NCBI GenBank assembly: GCA_963747235.1
Contig: CAVVEU010000026.1
Location: 1-10,318, forward strand
Direction: 5' to 3'
Length of the DNA stretch: 10,318 bases
Source of the DNA: an uncultured Candidatus Rokubacteria bacterium
GTDB lineage: Bacteria > Methylomirabilota > Methylomirabilia > Rokubacteriales > CSP1-6
The notes under the pieces: generated by a model
What the model saw: only the letters and a program-made list of their open reading frames with translations
Database searches by the model: none
Told to the model about the DNA's origin: nothing
Part shown: piece by piece, positions 7,527 to 10,318 of the stretch
Numbering within the stretch: position 1 is the first letter of the stretch
Layout: each line of letters starts with the position of its first letter
Program-made: the position numbers and the translations under genes

Positions 7527-7589
7527 CCGGGGAAAGCCGCCGGGGAAGCCGCGGGGGAGACCTGCCGGCGGACCGGCCGGGACCGGCCG
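7527..7589. repeat. Imperfect GC-rich tandem repeat (about five 12-13 nt units) in the divergent intergenic region
   Basis: ccggggaaagccg / ccggggaagccg / cgggggagacctg / ccggcggaccgg / ccgggaccggccg; includes an exact 10-nt tandem GGACCGGCCG at 7570-7579 and 7580-7589. Confidence 0.5.
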
Positions 7590-7595
7590 ATCGTG

Positions 7596-7601
7596 TATAC
7601 T
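7596..7601 (+). promoter_or_regulatory. Candidate -10 box (TATACT) for the SnoaL-SDR-CoA transferase operon
   Basis: 5/6 match to TATAAT, 37 nt before ATG 7639. GGAG SD at 7626-7629. No clear -35. Confidence 0.45.
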
Positions 7602-7638
7602 CCGCCCGCATCGCCTCTCACACCCGGAGCGAGCCACG

Positions 7639-8053
7639 ATGGCCACGACGAGCCTCGACCGCGCGACGCTGCGCGAGCTGACGATCCGCTTCACCGACGC
7701 GTTCAACCGCGACGACCTCGACGGCGTGCTGGCCATGATGGCCGAGGACGCGGTGTACGAGGAGTTCACCGGCGGGTGAATCGCGGCAGGCCGCGATCCG
7801 CGCCGCCTTCGAGCCCCAGTTCCGGGGCGACTTCGGCAAGATCCGCTTCGGGACCGAGGACCTGTTCGTGGACGAGATCGCCGGCGGGCGCTCATCCGCT
7901 GGGTCTGCCGGCTCGAGACCCGGCGCGGGCCGGCGGCCTGGCGGGGTCTCGACATCCTCCACTTCGACAACGGCGGTGACGCGGAAGCTCACCTACGCGA
8001 AGGCGAAGGTGCCGCTCCTGGGCGAGACGCCGCACGACGGCGGGAAGGCCTGA
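7639..8053 (+). CDS. SnoaL/NTF2-like (ketosteroid isomerase-like fold) protein, about 139 aa, broken by about four small indels
   Basis: Stitched by hand across frames: MATTSLDRATLRELTIRFTDAFNRDDLDGVLAMMAEDAVYEEFTG / VNRG / AAIRAAFEPQFRGDFGKIRFGTEDLFVDEIAG / ALIRWVCRLETRRGPAAWRGLDILHFDNG / VTRKLTYAKAKVPLLGETPHDGGKA*. Frame breaks near 7775, 7788, 7887 and 7975. Could be a pseudogene. Confidence 0.75.
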
Positions 8054-8057
8054 CGCG

Positions 8058-8883
8058 ATGGGACAGCTCGACGGCAAGGTGGCGATCGTCACGGGATCGG
8101 GGCGCGGCATCGGCCAGCAGGTGGCGCTGCGGCTCGCGCGCGACGGCGCGGCGGTGGTGGTCAACGATCTCGACGACGCGCCGGCCAAGGAGACGATCGC
8201 GCCTCATCGAGCGATGGGCGGGCGCGCGGTCGCCTGCAACGGCGACGTGACCGCCAAGGACTTCGGCGAGCGCATCGTGGACATCGCGGTGCAGCAGCTC
8301 GGCGGCCTCCACGTCGTCGTGAACAACGCCGGCTACACCTGGGACAACGTCATCCAGAAGATGACCGACGAGCAGTGGTACGCGATCATGGACGTCCACG
8401 TGACCGCGCCCTTCCGCATCCTCCGCGCCTTCGCGCCCTACCTCCGCTCCCAGTTCGAGGCGGAGGCCGCGCGCGGGTGAGCGAATCGTTCGAAAGGTCG
8501 TCCAGGTCTCCTCGACCTCCGGCGTGCGCGGCAACGCGGGCCAGGTCAACTACTCCTCCGCGAAGGCGGCGGTGACCGGCATGACCCGCACGCTCGCCAA
8601 GGAATGGGGCCGCTACGCGGTCACCGTGAACTGCGTGGCCTTCGGCTACGTGCAGACGCGCCTGACGAAGCCGCTCGCCGAGGGCGAGGCCGGGACGATC
8701 GAGGTGGCCGGCCGCCAGGTGAAGGTCGGCGTGCAGGGCACGCGCATCGCGGCCATGAACCAGATGATCCCGCTCGGCCGCGGCGGGCTGCCCGAGGAGG
8801 CGGCGGGCGCGATCTACCTCTTCTGCAGCCCGGACAGCGACTTCGTCAGCGGCCAGACGCTCGTCGTCACCGGCGGCGCCTAG
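8058..8883 (+). CDS. Classical short-chain dehydrogenase/reductase (FabG-like, probably NAD(H)-preferring); one extra G near 8476-8478 (274 aa corrected)
   Basis: Joins track ORFs 8058..8480 and 8524..8883. Motifs TGSGRGIG, VVNDLD (acidic residue after beta-2), NNAG, and after correction RKVVQVSSTSGVRGNAGQVNYSSAK (catalytic S and YxxxK). The span is 826 nt (3n+1). Confidence 0.88.
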
Positions 8884-8897
8884 CCGGAGGTCCGGCC

Positions 8898-10095
8898 GTG
8901 TCCGGACCGCTCAGCGGCGTGCGCGTGGTGGACTGCACGACCGTCGTGCTCGGGCCCTGGGCGGCCCAGCAGCTCGGCGACCTCGGCGCCGACGTGATCA
9001 AGGTCGAGCCCCCCGAGGGCGACACCACGCGGCAGCTCGGCCCGATGCGCAACCCGGGCATGGGCGCGTTCTACCTGGCGGTCAACCGCAACAAGCGCTC
9101 GATCGTGCTCGATCTCAAGCAGGAGGCCGCGCGCGGGGTGCTGCTGCGGCTCGCCGAGGGCGCCAACGTGCTGCTCCACAACTACCGGCCGCAGGCGGCA
9201 CGGCGGCTCGGGATGTCCTACGAGACCTTCCGCGCGGTCAATCCCGGCATCGTCTACGTCGGCACCTACGGCTTCCGGGCCGCCGGGCCCTACGGCGACA
9301 AGCCGGCCTACGACGACATCATCCAGGCCGCCTCCGGCCTGGGCTCGCTCCAGGCCTCGATCGTCGGCGAGCCCCGTTACGTGCCGACGATCGTCGCGGA
9401 CAAGTCGCAGCTCGATGACGGTGCTGGCCGCGGTGCTCGCCGCCCTCTACCACCAGGCGCGCACCGGCGAGGGCCAGGAGGTCGAGGTGCCGATGTTCGA
9501 GAGCATGGCGGCCTGGGTGATGGTGGAGCACCTCTACGGGGAGACGTTCGTGCCGCCGCTCGACACGATCGGCTACAAGCGGATCCTCAACCCGAACCGG
9601 CGCCCGTTCCAGACGAAGGACGGCTACCTGGCGATCCTGCCGTACACGGATCAGAACTGGCGGGACTTCTTCACCCTCACCGGCCGCCAGGACCTGCTCG
9701 ACGACCCGCGCTTCAAGACGCTCGGGACCCGCCTGCGCCACATCGAGATCCTGTACGACGAGCTGCGGAAGATCGCGCTCACCCGCACGAACGCGGAGTG
9801 GCTGGCCGCGCTCGACCGTCTCAATATCCCGGCGATGACGGTCAACACGCTCGAGTCGCTGCTACACGATCCCCACCTCGAGGCGGTCGGGTTCTGGCAG
9901 ACGGTGGAGCACCCGAGCGAGGGCACGCTGCGCCTCCCGGGCATTCCCGCCACCTACGGCAAGACGCCGGGCGCCATCCGGCGGCTACCGCCGCGGCTGG
10001 GCGAGCACAGCGAGGAGATCCTGCGCGAGGTCGGCCTCGGGGCGGACGAGGTCGCGACGCTCCTCGCCTCGGGGGCCACGCGCGCCGCGAGCTGA
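8898..10095 (+). CDS. Family III (CaiB/BaiF/Frc-like) CoA-transferase; one extra base near 9405-9408 (398 aa corrected)
   Basis: GTG start at 8898 with SD GGAGG at 8886-8890. Motifs GPLSGVRVVD, LGDLGADVIKVEPPEGD, NRNKRSIVLDLK, HNYRP, GPYGDKPAYDDIIQAASG, IVADK (position of the catalytic Asp), then track ORF 9415..10095 with RTGEGQEVEVPM and PPRLGEHSEEILREVG. The span is 1198 nt (3n+1). Confidence 0.88.
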
Positions 10096-10318
10096 GCACC
10101 GCGTGCGCCCCGACGGCCCGGCGTCACGCTCGTCGGAGTCCGGTATCCCATCGAAGAAGTCCACGACTCCGGTCTCGAGCGAGTACTCGGCTCCGACGAC
10201 GAGGAGCCCGTCGTCCTTGATCAGCTGCTCGAGGACGCTCGATCCGTGCCGCAGGTGGTCGGCCGAGACCTGGATGTTGACCCGAACCGCTTGACGCACC
10301 AGAGCGTCCGGGTCCCGG
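9985..10318 (-). CDS. Beta-class carbonic anhydrase, C-terminal fragment (5' part outside the window; true stop uncertain)
   Basis: DPDALVRQAVRVNIQVSADHLRHGSSVLEQLIKDDGLLVVGAEYSLETGVVDFF matches the beta-CA C-terminal pattern (AVxxNV...L...LxVVGAxYxLxTGxV). The zinc ligands lie outside the window. As written, the frame runs 111 nt into the convergent gene; an out-of-frame TGA at 10126-10124 may be the real stop if there is an indel. Confidence 0.75.
   Translation of the reverse strand, partial: RDPDALVRQAVRVNIQVSADHLRHGSSVLEQLIKDDGLLVVGAEYSLETGVVDFFDGIPDSDERDAGPSGRTRCSARGARGPRGEERRDLVRPEADLAQDLLAVLAQPRR

Noticed and set aside
7527-7589. Possible mini-CRISPR or IS end
   Set aside because: Units are short, degenerate and contiguous without unique spacers, and there is no cas or transposase gene in the window.
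6565-7779. 404-aa plus-strand ORF
   Set aside because: Mostly antisense to the MBL gene. Only the last 46 codons from ATG 7639 are real (SnoaL N-terminus).
7777-8480. In-frame TGA codons at 7777-7779 and 8478-8480 as possible recoded stops (selenocysteine or alternative code)
   Set aside because: The conserved protein continues in a different frame after each TGA, so these are frameshifts and not read-through. TGA is a normal stop in neighbouring genes.
8604-10220. 538-aa plus-strand ORF that could look like a novel fusion
   Set aside because: Only 8898 to about 9405 is genuine CoA-transferase. The flanks are off-frame readings of the SDR gene and of the frameshifted 3' half.

Overview
Very GC-rich bacterial window (roughly 70% by eye), densely coding, in two blocks. 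Minus strand (1-7509): an MBL-fold hydrolase, a boxC-like palindromic repeat, then an apparent single operon of MarR (MhqR-like) repressor > cupin-type hydroquinone 1,2-dioxygenase small and large subunits (HapC/HapD = PnpC/PnpD = HqdA/HqdB family) > a five-gene HAAT (Liv-type) ABC importer with a Tat-exported binding protein (last permease runs off the left edge). A perfect 7-1-7 palindrome sits against the marR start codon and is a strong operator candidate. Plus strand (7639-10095): SnoaL/NTF2-like protein > SDR oxidoreductase > family III (CaiB/BaiF) CoA-transferase, converging on the 3' end of a beta-carbonic anhydrase. Four genes right of about 5.7 kb carry small indels that break otherwise well-conserved frames, most simply read as consensus errors. 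The best candidate for a new system is the autoregulated sense-import-cleave module for hydroquinone-like aromatics. All family assignments come from motif recognition; no database search was run, so novelty is unverified.
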